A stretch of DNA of 32,000 bases from Desulfotalea psychrophila LSv54. Its GTDB lineage: Bacteria > Desulfobacterota > Desulfobulbia > Desulfobulbales > Desulfocapsaceae. Below, in pieces: positions 8,858 through 18,700 of this stretch. Within the stretch, counting starts at the first letter, position 1. Each line of letters starts with the position of its first letter. The stretch lies in the NCBI RefSeq assembly GCF_000025945.1, contig NC_006138.1, positions 2,250,001 through 2,282,000 on the forward strand, in the 5' to 3' direction. The position numbers were made by a program, and so were the translations under genes. The notes under the pieces were generated by a model that saw nothing but the letters and a program-made list of their open reading frames with translations, did no database searches and was not told where the DNA came from.

Positions 8858-11692
8858 TTGATTGTAGAGAGACCTATTTTGAGTACAGAGAGCATAAAAA
8901 GATTAGCACTTCGTTTTGGTATGCGTGCCCGATTATCGGATAATTTTTCTAAGGTCATAGCAGAAGTTAGGCAAATGTTGGAAAAGAGTCCCTGGCTTAT
9001 AATTAAAAATCAAAAAATTTACTATGATTCCCGAATAAATGGTCTCCTTCCTCTTTTTCATCTGCATAAAAATTTTGTTTGTAGCGCAGATGATAAGGCA
9101 CAGGCCATCAGGGAAAAGCTTAAGAAAAACTATGGGCAACAGCTTGACTGGCAGCTTATTAACAGGGATGAAATTCAACAGGCCATTATAACCAGTAGCA
9201 CAGTCCCCTATAAGAGGGGGAAAAATTACTCTATTTTCATGGGAAATAAGGAGGTGGTCTTTGTTCTCTGTGAAAACAAGGGACAGGTTGTCTGTCTTGG
9301 ACTTAACCATATTCTCAAGGAGAAGATGGTTAATATCATAGAGATTAGAGAGATACTGAGCCTTGAGGAATTTGCATCCTTTGCTGCTCTTATCCCCATT
9401 GTTCGCTTTAGTCGTCTTTCAAGGGAGGGCGTTCAGCCCGAAGAGGTTCTTCTTCACTTTTTAAAGCTTGGCCTTGTACCTGAAAATTTGAAATTAGAAA
9501 AAGAGTATTTTTTTCTGATGGAGTATGTTCTTAAGGGTCTGAAAGAAATAGGCCCAACAAATAGGCATGTGACTCTGCAAGAGGCCATTAAGGCAGGAGA
9601 GAGACTTGTTCTTTCAACAACTCTGGTTGATTCTCTACTCAGAGACGATACTCGCCGGGCAGACATAAAACAGTACCCTAGAAAAATAATTGAAGATGTT
9701 AATGAGGGGCACTGGGAGCTTTGGCCCAGCAAAGGTGCTGAGCTGACTGATATTGAACTAAAGATCCCCCTTATTGCCAGAGACCCTGCCAGTAGTATTA
9801 TAGACGGGGTGGTGGGAATCGATTTTGGCACTAAGAGCACCGTTGTCGTCGCTCAAAAAGAGTCTCTGCACTCCCTGCCTCTGCGAATTGGTACCGGTGA
9901 TCTTGCAAAAAAAATCAGTAAAACGCACTACGAAAACCCTACTATTATTGAGTTTAACGATCTACAGTCTTTTTATAGGGACTATTGTCTGGAAGAGGGG
10001 CGCCCTTTCACCTCTTGGCAGGATGTCACCGTCTCTCATACTGCCCTTAACTCCCTGCAGGAATCTTCCAGTAGCTGTGACTACTACTCTTATCTGCGTG
10101 ACCTGAAGCAGTGGGCAGGACAGAAACAGCAAAAAATAAATATTATTGATAAGAAAAATTATCTTGAAGCCCTGCCCCCATATTTTGAGATAGAACCAGG
10201 GACACTTGATCCTCTGGAAATTTATGCCTACTATCTGGGGCTTTATATCAACAATCAGCATGATGGTATCTATCTTAACTACTATCTCTCCTTTCCCATA
10301 ACCTACGAACTGGCCATACGAAAAAAAATTACCGCAAGTTTTAGGGCGGGTATCCGTAAATCTCTTCCTCCTGCCCTGCTTGAAAATGAGGAAGAGATGA
10401 CAAAGTTTCGGGTAAGAATGGGGGCAAGTGAACCGGCTGCCTATGCCATCACGGCCCTGCACAGTTATAAATTTGAGCCAGAAGGTGAGCAACGGATACT
10501 CTACGGCATCTTTGATTTTGGTGGGGGGACCACCGATTTTGACTTTGGTATGTGGCGGGAGGCAAAGGGCATAAAGGAGAAACGATATGACTACGCAATT
10601 GAGCATTTTGGCGCAGGTGGAGATCGTTTCTTAGGAGGCGAGCATCTCCTGGAATTGTTGGCCTTTGATATATTTAAGAACAACTACGAACAACTGCAAA
10701 AGGATAGTATATCTTTCCCTCGTCCACCCGAATGTTTTGAGTTTGCCGGTTCAGAGCTACTTCTGGCTAACTCCCGGGAGGCTCAGATGAATATGACCCA
10801 TCTTGCCGAAAAGCTCCGCCCCTTTTGGGAACAGCATGAGGGAAATGAGCAACTCTTTCAGGAGTGCATTCATCTCAACCTATGGGACAACCAGGGTAAA
10901 CAGAAGGTTAACTATCAGCTCTTCTGTAACAGAGAGAAGATGGCAGAGATCATAAGAGCCAGAATTGCCCGAGGAGTTGAGAGTTTTTTAGAGGCCATTT
11001 ATCGCGTTTTTTCTCAAAAGACAGAGCAACTACAACTCCGGGAGAAGATTCATATCTTCCTGGCAGGAAATTCCAGTCAATCTCATTGGGTTGAGGAGAT
11101 ATTTAAGGCCTATATTGCAGAAAAAAGTCCGGAGATATTTCCTCAGGATGGAGGAGGCGAGGCAGGTTTTGAGCTCTTTCCACCCTTGGGTACAGAGAGG
11201 AGCTATGCCATCATGGATCTACGGGGTAGTTCCTACGATAAATATTCCATGGAGGCGCCTACAGGTAAGACGGGTGTAGCTTTTGGTCTGGTCCGTAGCA
11301 GAAAGGGATCACGCATCAAGGTTATTGATCATAATTTATCTGATCGGGAGATTAGCTGTCCCTATTATATAGGTAGCGAGAAGAAGGGACGTTTTATTGT
11401 TGATATTGATAGAGAGGATCCCTACGGTAAGTGGTATTGCTTTATTGATGCCAGTGAGGAGGAGTTCGAGTTTTACTATACCGATCAGCTTATGGCCCTG
11501 GCCAGCAGCATCGACATTGCCGATCAGACTATTCGGGTAAAACGATTGATAATAGATAGGGTTGATGAGGATGCATGGGTTTACCTACGCAAAAAAACAC
11601 CGACAACCCTTGAGTATGTGGTGGCTTACGAAGGTGGTATCGAAGAGGAAAAATATCTCGGTGATATTCAATCCGTTGAGCTTACCGTCTAA
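8858..11692 (+). CDS. Highly divergent Hsp70/DnaK-family ATPase (about 940 aa) with a ~300-aa N-terminal extension
   Basis: Phosphate-1 motif 'GVVGIDFGTKSTVVVAQK', phosphate-2 'YGIFDFGGGTTDFDFGMW', Hsp70-like 'GAGGDRFLGGEHLLELLAF', adenosine motif 'IHIFLAGNSSQSHW'. The start is TTG at 8858 or, better supported by an upstream GAGAG, TTG at 8879 (MSTESIKRLALRFG...). Confidence 0.85.
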   Translation: MIVERPILSTESIKRLALRFGMRARLSDNFSKVIAEVRQMLEKSPWLIIKNQKIYYDSRINGLLPLFHLHKNFVCSADDKAQAIREKLKKNYGQQLDWQLINRDEIQQAIITSSTVPYKRGKNYSIFMGNKEVVFVLCENKGQVVCLGLNHILKEKMVNIIEIREILSLEEFASFAALIPIVRFSRLSREGVQPEEVLLHFLKLGLVPENLKLEKEYFFLMEYVLKGLKEIGPTNRHVTLQEAIKAGERLVLSTTLVDSLLRDDTRRADIKQYPRKIIEDVNEGHWELWPSKGAELTDIELKIPLIARDPASSIIDGVVGIDFGTKSTVVVAQKESLHSLPLRIGTGDLAKKISKTHYENPTIIEFNDLQSFYRDYCLEEGRPFTSWQDVTVSHTALNSLQESSSSCDYYSYLRDLKQWAGQKQQKINIIDKKNYLEALPPYFEIEPGTLDPLEIYAYYLGLYINNQHDGIYLNYYLSFPITYELAIRKKITASFRAGIRKSLPPALLENEEEMTKFRVRMGASEPAAYAITALHSYKFEPEGEQRILYGIFDFGGGTTDFDFGMWREAKGIKEKRYDYAIEHFGAGGDRFLGGEHLLELLAFDIFKNNYEQLQKDSISFPRPPECFEFAGSELLLANSREAQMNMTHLAEKLRPFWEQHEGNEQLFQECIHLNLWDNQGKQKVNYQLFCNREKMAEIIRARIARGVESFLEAIYRVFSQKTEQLQLREKIHIFLAGNSSQSHWVEEIFKAYIAEKSPEIFPQDGGGEAGFELFPPLGTERSYAIMDLRGSSYDKYSMEAPTGKTGVAFGLVRSRKGSRIKVIDHNLSDREISCPYYIGSEKKGRFIVDIDREDPYGKWYCFIDASEEEFEFYYTDQLMALASSIDIADQTIRVKRLIIDRVDEDAWVYLRKKTPTTLEYVVAYEGGIEEEKYLGDIQSVELTV

Positions 11693-12407
11693 GAGAGAGG
11701 GCGCCTCGCTGGGTGACAACCGCTGCATCGGGGTAGCCTGCGGCAAGAAGCGCCTTTTTAAAGCCCTTGGCCTTTACCCGAGAGTAACCGGCAAAAATTT
11801 GTACCAGATAAAGGGTCTTGCCGTCCCTTCTGGCTTTTTGAATTTTTGTCCTATGCCCTCCCCTGCTAAAACGTTTTTCCAGGGCTAAGGCCTTCTCTTT
11901 GTTGGCCAAGGCCGCTATCTGCACAGAAAAATTCTCCCTCTCTATCCCAGGGCGGGGATAGTTGCCATGGTTGTCCGGCTGGGCAGCTTGGATGAGGACA
12001 TTGGCTATTCCGTCTTCAGACATCCCCAGACGTCTGGATGCCTCGTAACTGAGGTCAATGATCCTTCCCCTGATGAAGGGCCCCCGGTCATTAACCCTTA
12101 CCAATACCCGCCTGCTATTCTTTAAATTGGTCACCACCAGAACAGTTTGCATGGGCAGGGTCTTATGGGCAGCTGTCATGGAAAACATGTCATATCTCTC
12201 TCCGTTTGAGGTTAGCCGTCCCTGAAACTTGCCGCCATACCAAGAGGCCACTCCCCATTGGGAGAAACCCGCACTGGTGGGCAGAGGATAGTATTTGACA
12301 TGCTTAACGATATAGGGCCGCTGAGTTGCCTTAACCTTGGCAAAAACAGGGCTGGGCAGAAGAGAGGCGAGAATGGTGGCTAAAAAAAAGATAATTGCTT
12401 TTTTCAT
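11682..12407 (-). CDS. rlpA: RlpA-family septal ring lytic transglycosylase/lipoprotein with SPOR domain
   Basis: Signal peptide MKKAIIFFLATILASLLPSPVFA; DPBB/RlpA core 'GVASWYGGKFQGRLTSNGERYDMFSMTAAHKTLPMQTVLVVTNLKNSRRVLVRVNDRGPFIRGRIIDLS'; C-terminal SPOR 'NFSVQIAALANKEKALAL...YLVQIFAGYS'. Confidence 0.93.
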   Translation of the reverse strand: MKKAIIFFLATILASLLPSPVFAKVKATQRPYIVKHVKYYPLPTSAGFSQWGVASWYGGKFQGRLTSNGERYDMFSMTAAHKTLPMQTVLVVTNLKNSRRVLVRVNDRGPFIRGRIIDLSYEASRRLGMSEDGIANVLIQAAQPDNHGNYPRPGIERENFSVQIAALANKEKALALEKRFSRGGHRTKIQKARRDGKTLYLVQIFAGYSRVKAKGFKKALLAAGYPDAAVVTQRGALSLRR

Positions 12408-12517
12408 ATTGAGTTGTTTTTACGACATAGTCTGGTTTTGACTCAGGTATTTTTAAATTTACATTTCATATCTATTGAACTTTAAAGAATTACCTGCTAT
12501 AAAGTTGAAAGCTGTGA

Positions 12518-12593
12518 GCCAACATAGCTCAGTTGGTAGAGCGACGCTCTCGTAAAGCGTAGGCCAGCGGTTCGATCCCGCTTGTTGGCTCCA
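12518..12593 (+). tRNA. tRNA-Thr (anticodon CGT), encoded CCA
   Basis: 76 nt; acceptor GCCAACA/TGTTGGC, D-arm TAGCTCAGTTGGTAGAGC, anticodon stem ACGCT-CTCGTAA-AGCGT giving CGT, T-arm GCGG-TTCGATC-CCGC, discriminator T plus CCA. Confidence 0.95.
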
Positions 12594-12601
12594 AGAAATT
12601 C

Positions 12602-12640
12602 AAGGGTTTAGAGGATAATTTCTCTAAACCCTTTTTTGTT
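12602..12640 (+). terminator. Rho-independent terminator downstream of tRNA-Thr
   Basis: Perfect 12-bp stem AAGGGTTTAGAG / CTCTAAACCCTT with 8-nt loop GATAATTT, then TTTTTTGTTTT. Confidence 0.88.
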
Positions 12641-12797
12641 TTAAAAACGGTGGGACGGTGATGGGACGGTAAATAAGATGACTTTTTGTTCTTTGCCGTG
12701 AAATTATGTGAAGAGAATTTTTTCATTTTATTTTTCCCTTTATCGTTTTTGAAGTGCCCTACTTCTTTTTCACCTGTCAAATTTACCGCACGATCAT

Positions 12798-15700
12798 CTA
12801 CTCATTAGACCGAGACCGTTCAAGCTTGGTTGCCCTCTGGGCTCTTTTCAAAACTAATCTAATCTGACGACCAGGATTTATCGGTCGAATGTCAACCCGA
12901 CCAATACCGTGGGCAAGTTCGTTGTATCGACTTATCTCTTTAAAAAGTTCTGCAGGAGTACCCTTTTGGTACAGGTAGATCTTTTTGATAAGGCTGTTTA
13001 TCTCAGTTCGTCGCTCTTGCATTCGTTTTGCTACTTTCTTTTCGTGCCACTGCTTTTCTCGGATTCCAGAAATGCGGGCAGGGTTAAAAGAAAAAAAGCG
13101 AACCGTCGCATCAAATCCATCGGCTTTTAAAGGTTCTGTACCATAGTAGACGGGACTGTAGGAGCCGGTTGTCACCCCTTCAGCCGCTTCACGAACAGCT
13201 TTTGACATAGAGCCAAAGGCAGTGGGCAACATAGCCTCTGCACCCTTTGAGAGTTCCCCTCTGCCAAGGTGTTTGATGCCTCGGGCTGTATCTGTAAAAA
13301 TAGCCCCGGGAGCGCCGAAGACTTCGGCAAGAGTTCTCGGCATAGGATTGTTTAACTGCAAAGAACCCTTAAGATTCACACCAGCAAGGCCTGCAAGTCC
13401 ATGGCGTAAGAATCTTTCACCACCAAAGGTTCTTTCGGCCCAGGTGTAGAACCTTTCTTCGGGATCATCTCCATCGGCAAACCCAAGGGCCCCGGCAAAG
13501 GCTGCAAGTACGGGAGTTGCAAGTGAAGCACCAGCTCCGGCAAGTACTGCAGGAGATAAAAGCATATACGCGGACTCTTTTATATTCCCTTTAAGACCTA
13601 AGTCTATCATATTAAGTGCATAATTATGAGAGAATTTCTGAAAAGTGTATAAAAGCTTTGCAGGATTGTAGGATCCTCTCGTCCAGGCAGGCATGGTTGC
13701 TTTACCGTAAATCCCATGAGCGCTATCACTTATACTCTTTGCCTTATGCATTGCCTCTTCTCGGGAGAGACTTGTCTGCTCTAATAATTTTTTGTAGGCA
13801 GCATAGATACTTACCGCCCGATTGGTTTTTTCCACAGCGCCAAAAAGTTTCATGGCATACTCGTTAAAAATTTGCCATCGTCGCCCTACTTTGGATTGCA
13901 ATACCGAGGCGTTTTCTTGATTAAACTGGGCTTCATCCCAGCCTCTTGCAGAGATATCTAAAAAGATTTGCCTCTCTTTATCGCTTAATAATCTCTTTTC
14001 CCCGGGCGCTTTTCTGCTATCTCGCAAATATTTACCATAGTCCACGGGCGCTCGGCGGATAACCGACAATGCTTTTGATAACCCGCAACCCGTTTCAGCA
14101 GAGATAATTGCAGGCACAGCCTGAACCATGTTTGTGGCGTTAACGGCGGCTGAACTCACCCTAAAGCCAAGAAACTTAATAACGGCAAGTCCCTTCAAGG
14201 TTCCCATGACTCGATCTACTTGCTCTTCGTTTCGCAGAACTTCCCTCATCCAGGAGATGGCCTCCCCATAAAGATTTTTCTGCCTGGTAGGATTCAAACG
14301 CCTTTTCTCCACAAATTTGCTATAGGCCTCCCAACTTTTATCAGCACTTCTTCCATTCTTGAATTCAGTAAAAGAGATATCGCGACCAGCGAGGGCCTCT
14401 ATCATTTTTCTGGCGGCATTTTTCTTGGCAAATCCTGCTGACAAGCCTCGAGCATATTGGGTACCAGCCAAAAGCATATCCTCTTCAAAACCTTTTACAT
14501 ATTTTGTTGAACGAGCGATACGGCTGGACAAATAACCTCGACCCTTGAAAATTTCTGCAAGATTCATACTGAGAAGTTTATTTATCTCTTGGGAGATTGC
14601 GGGAGTATCGTTGATACCGCCTTTGGTAACCGCCTCTTGAAGTAGAGCGTCAAGGGAAGAGACAAGTTGCATGGCATCAAAAACAGATTCTGGGGTGGAT
14701 TGATCTTTTTTTGCCTCAACGTGGTACCCGCGCTTTTTCAAATTCCGTCCATCTTTCTCCAACGTTTCGACGAAGGGAAGAAATCCTGTTGCAGTATTAA
14801 AAAGTTTTTTGATAAACCAGGAGGCGGATCGCCCCTGCTTAATTTCACCCGTTTCATTGTTGAGGGCATAGGAGTCCACTGCATAAAAATCATACTTCTT
14901 CATAATTGAGGGCTGTCCCTCTTTGGTTGCCCAAAGAATTACGCCACCAGACTGTCTCTGTCTTGGGAAATATGCTCCACGCAGATCACCCATTTCAGCA
15001 ATCAGCTCGGCTAGCGACATCTCTTTACGAATTTCATTATCCCTTTGTCTCTTGAGTTGGTGATGTCGAGTGCCGGCAGCTTGAGCTACCACTTTGTCGC
15101 CGAATTCGGCAACTCTCTTACCATTCTTATAGAGGGCCCAGCGACGTGACTCATCCACCAACGCTACCGTTGGTTCATCAAGGCCAGCCTCATTGGCTCG
15201 GGAAAGTATTTTTCTTAGATCTGCAACCATCCAATCAAAGGCGCGGTTGGTCATCTTGCGAAAGGAACTAATCAGTAATCGAGAATTTTCTGATAATTTC
15301 TGCACTCTTGGTGATTTCTGTTCAAATTCTATTATTGCGGCATTGGCACTTGCCTCCTCTGTAAAAACTTCCAAGAGAACGCCTTTAGGATCCATAACAT
15401 GAAATCGTTCGGATTTTTCCGTGTTATAATTAGGACGAACCTTGTCCTTATATTTACCACGAGCCTGCTGCTCTTTTAGATGTTTTGCGGAGAGTTCATA
15501 CGCCTGCAGCTGGGTATCAGTATACCCTAAAACCGTATCATCGGGAGTCTTCACTAGCCAGGCCATCTGTCTCTTCACCTTGAAAGAGTTACCACTTTGA
15601 TCAACATCGAGCAGATAGTTATTTGCCTGTTCATAGGTAGCGTTATCTTCTTTTTTCGCTTTTTGAAAGGTGGTGACAAAATCCTGTAGAATATCCTCTT

Positions 15701-18700
15701 CCATGGAAAATTTTTCATCCCGGCGTTCCAACTGAGCCATAAACATTCGGCTCGTCGCCCCTGACTTTTTAAAAAACTTCTCAGGAGCCGAAAGTATCTT
15801 TTCCATGAAGTTCATATCAGCAGGAGATGGCTTGTTCTTTATCTGATCAATCTTCTCGAGATAACCTTTGCCGGTCTCAGTCACGCTGTCATGGAAGTAT
15901 TTTTCACCAGGTTCCTGCTCTTTATCTATTTTGGCATGGGAATATCTGATGGCGTCATTATTGTTTTTCTTCTGATTAGTTCGCAATGCGGCCCCGGCCA
16001 TGGCTTTGAGGTCGGCAGCGGTTAATGAATTAACAAATTCAGCACCTAAAAATCTTATGAGAAGTGCTTTTACCCTGGCCAGGAAACGACGTACTAGGCC
16101 AATTTGCGCTGTATCTTCAACAAGATAGGCAATGACTTCCTCGGCATAATGTTCAAGCGGAGTATCCTTAGGTACCCTGTTTATCGCCTTGCGAATAGCT
16201 GCACCCGTTGGGGTGTTGCTGTTTTTACGTCGTAATACGGATCTCTTGAGGGTTTGAAACTCTTTGTCCGCAAGAAGGAGATGGTTAAGGTGCACCCCCA
16301 CCTCATGGTGCAGCACATCCTGTCCTTTACCTTGAGCAATGCTGTCAGCTACCAAGTATGTTTTGTTGGCAACGGTAAAGCCCTGGATAAAGCCATTTTG
16401 GGAATAGAAGATATCAATCTTTGTCTTTAGGGGGGTGGGATTCGTTCGAACAGAATAATACGGTTCACCTTGCAGACCGGCGATAATTTCTTGAGCTTCT
16501 TTTTGAGTGCTAAGAATAGAAAGGGTGCCGGTACGGATCATCCGGGAAATGGTGCTCCGGCCAACGGCTTTGTTGAGTTCTGCTTGAAGGGTAGCGGGGG
16601 TTAACCCACTATTTTGATATTCGGATTCCGCTCTTGTAGACGTTTTTTGGCGTAAATCGCTTTCTCCTTTAATAAGCGCATTTCTGAGGGATTCAACAGA
16701 ACCGTATTTGAGGACATAGTTGCCTTCTGAGTTGGTGAGGGCTTCGATGGTTCCTGAGATATCGAATTGTTGGAGGACGGTTTCGAGTTTTTCACGACCG
16801 AATTTCCTTATAAGTTGGTTAATGGTAGTTTCTTTTATCCCTACTATAGTGCCTCCTTGCACCGAAGCAAGGGAAGAGATGGCCACAACCTCACCACCGT
16901 TGTTCGCTATATAGTGCCGCAGTTCATGAATTGTACCTCCTTGGGTAAGCATATCATCCAGGATAATATATTTGCCACCCTTAACCACTGGCCCCTTAAA
17001 TAGCTTCCTGGCGAGGATACGGCTAGAACCTTTTAACCGCCTCCTTTTGGTCTTGCTTATCTGGTGAATAGAAAGTTGCGCTGAAAGCCCTGCCTTACCA
17101 AACTGATCCGCCATTGCGACGGGAATAAAGTTAACCCCCTCTTCCTCTAGTTCATGCACCGGCACCACTATGGCATCGGGATATTTTGCCGCCAACTCCT
17201 TAATTTTAGCCGGTTTCATTAGGCTCTCTACCAATCGAACCGCCGCGTCAAAATCACCAGCCTTGGCCGCCTTAAAATCGGGGTGACTTCGCAGGGTGCT
17301 CGGATTGGTATGAACCGTGGCTTTTTCAAGGGTTTGTGGCCACGGGGTAACACTTGACCTGGAATAGAGAAGGGTGCCCTTCTCAGTCTCTTTGCTCTTG
17401 AGAGTCTTAAAGAGATCGGTGAAGGCAGGGCCGACCGTCTTCAACTCATCTTCCTTCAGGTAGGGATAGGAATCAGGCTCCTTGCTGTCCCCCTCCCTGA
17501 TTGAGTTGGCCAGCTTTGCCAACAGATTTTCCATATAAACATCGGAGGTTACAATATTGGCCAGATAGTCATTGAGATAGCCCTTGGCTCTGTTCTGTTC
17601 GATGATATAGCTCTCAAAACTCCGGGCACTCATCTCTATCTCAGTACCCCAATATTTTTTCGTCCTCTTCTTATCCAGTTCAGCGGATCTTTCATAAAGC
17701 TTTGTCCCATTAATCTTTGCCATTAGATTATTGAAGGCGGCAACAACCTCCGTCCTGACCTTCTCGCCTCCATTGTTCTTCCCGGCAAAGACTTCGGCTG
17801 TCATATAGTACCCCCCCCTCTCAGCACCGGCATCCCTGGCCCCAAAATGGTTATCCAGGGCGTGCCACCACTCATGGGCCAAACTCCCGGCCCCGCTTTT
17901 TCGGGTCAGGTTAATAACAACCTTGCCGGGCTCATAGTGGGCCATAGCAGCATTTTTGCCGCCAGATCCCCGGGCACCAAAGGCCAGACTAAGTTCACCA
18001 TTAAGAGAGATCGCCCTGGGCGGGATACCAAGCAGGTTGGCCAAATCGTATAAACCATCAAAGGCATTGTTCAGGGCCATCTGTCTTTCACCGCTGGCCT
18101 TAACCCAATTGCCAAACTCCACTCCCTTGAAATTAAAGGCCTCCTGAAACATCTCTGGGCTAACATCCTTACCCTGCCGGTGATTCTCCCCTATCCGTTC
18201 CTCATTTGATTTACGGCGATGGTCAGGGGTATATTTACGAAGCTCCAACTCTTTAACCAACTCGTCGTAGTGTTCCTTTAAATATGTCCGGGCCTCGGCA
18301 GCATTGGGAAAACTCTTGAGGTCGAGATGTGACCCACCAACCTTCTTTCCAATCCAGATATTTTTCGGATCGGTTCGATAGTTATAGACGGTGAACTTAA
18401 CCTTTTTATCCACTGCCTTTTTCTCTCCCAAGGCTTTATAAACCGGCACAAAGTTGGCCAGTGCTTTTTCTTTTGTCTCACCGTCAGCAAGAGTCTTGAA
18501 ATTGGAATATACGTTGGCAGGGGCTTTTTGCTGAATCATCCACATATCAACGTTTTCCCGGCCCTTATAGAGACTCCAATGGATTTTGCTGAAGGTGATA
18601 CCCTTAAGAGATCTTTCATGGCCGTGAATCTCATAAAGCTCTGCCCGGCCAGCTATCTCCTGTGGCATGGCATCCCAAAAATCTTCTGTTATAAGCCCCT

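Noticed and set aside
12529-12780. Minus-strand 83-aa ORF ending ...LEPTSGIEPLAYALRERRSTN
   Set aside because: The C-terminal peptide is the antisense translation of the tRNA-Thr gene; this is a well-known spurious annotation type.
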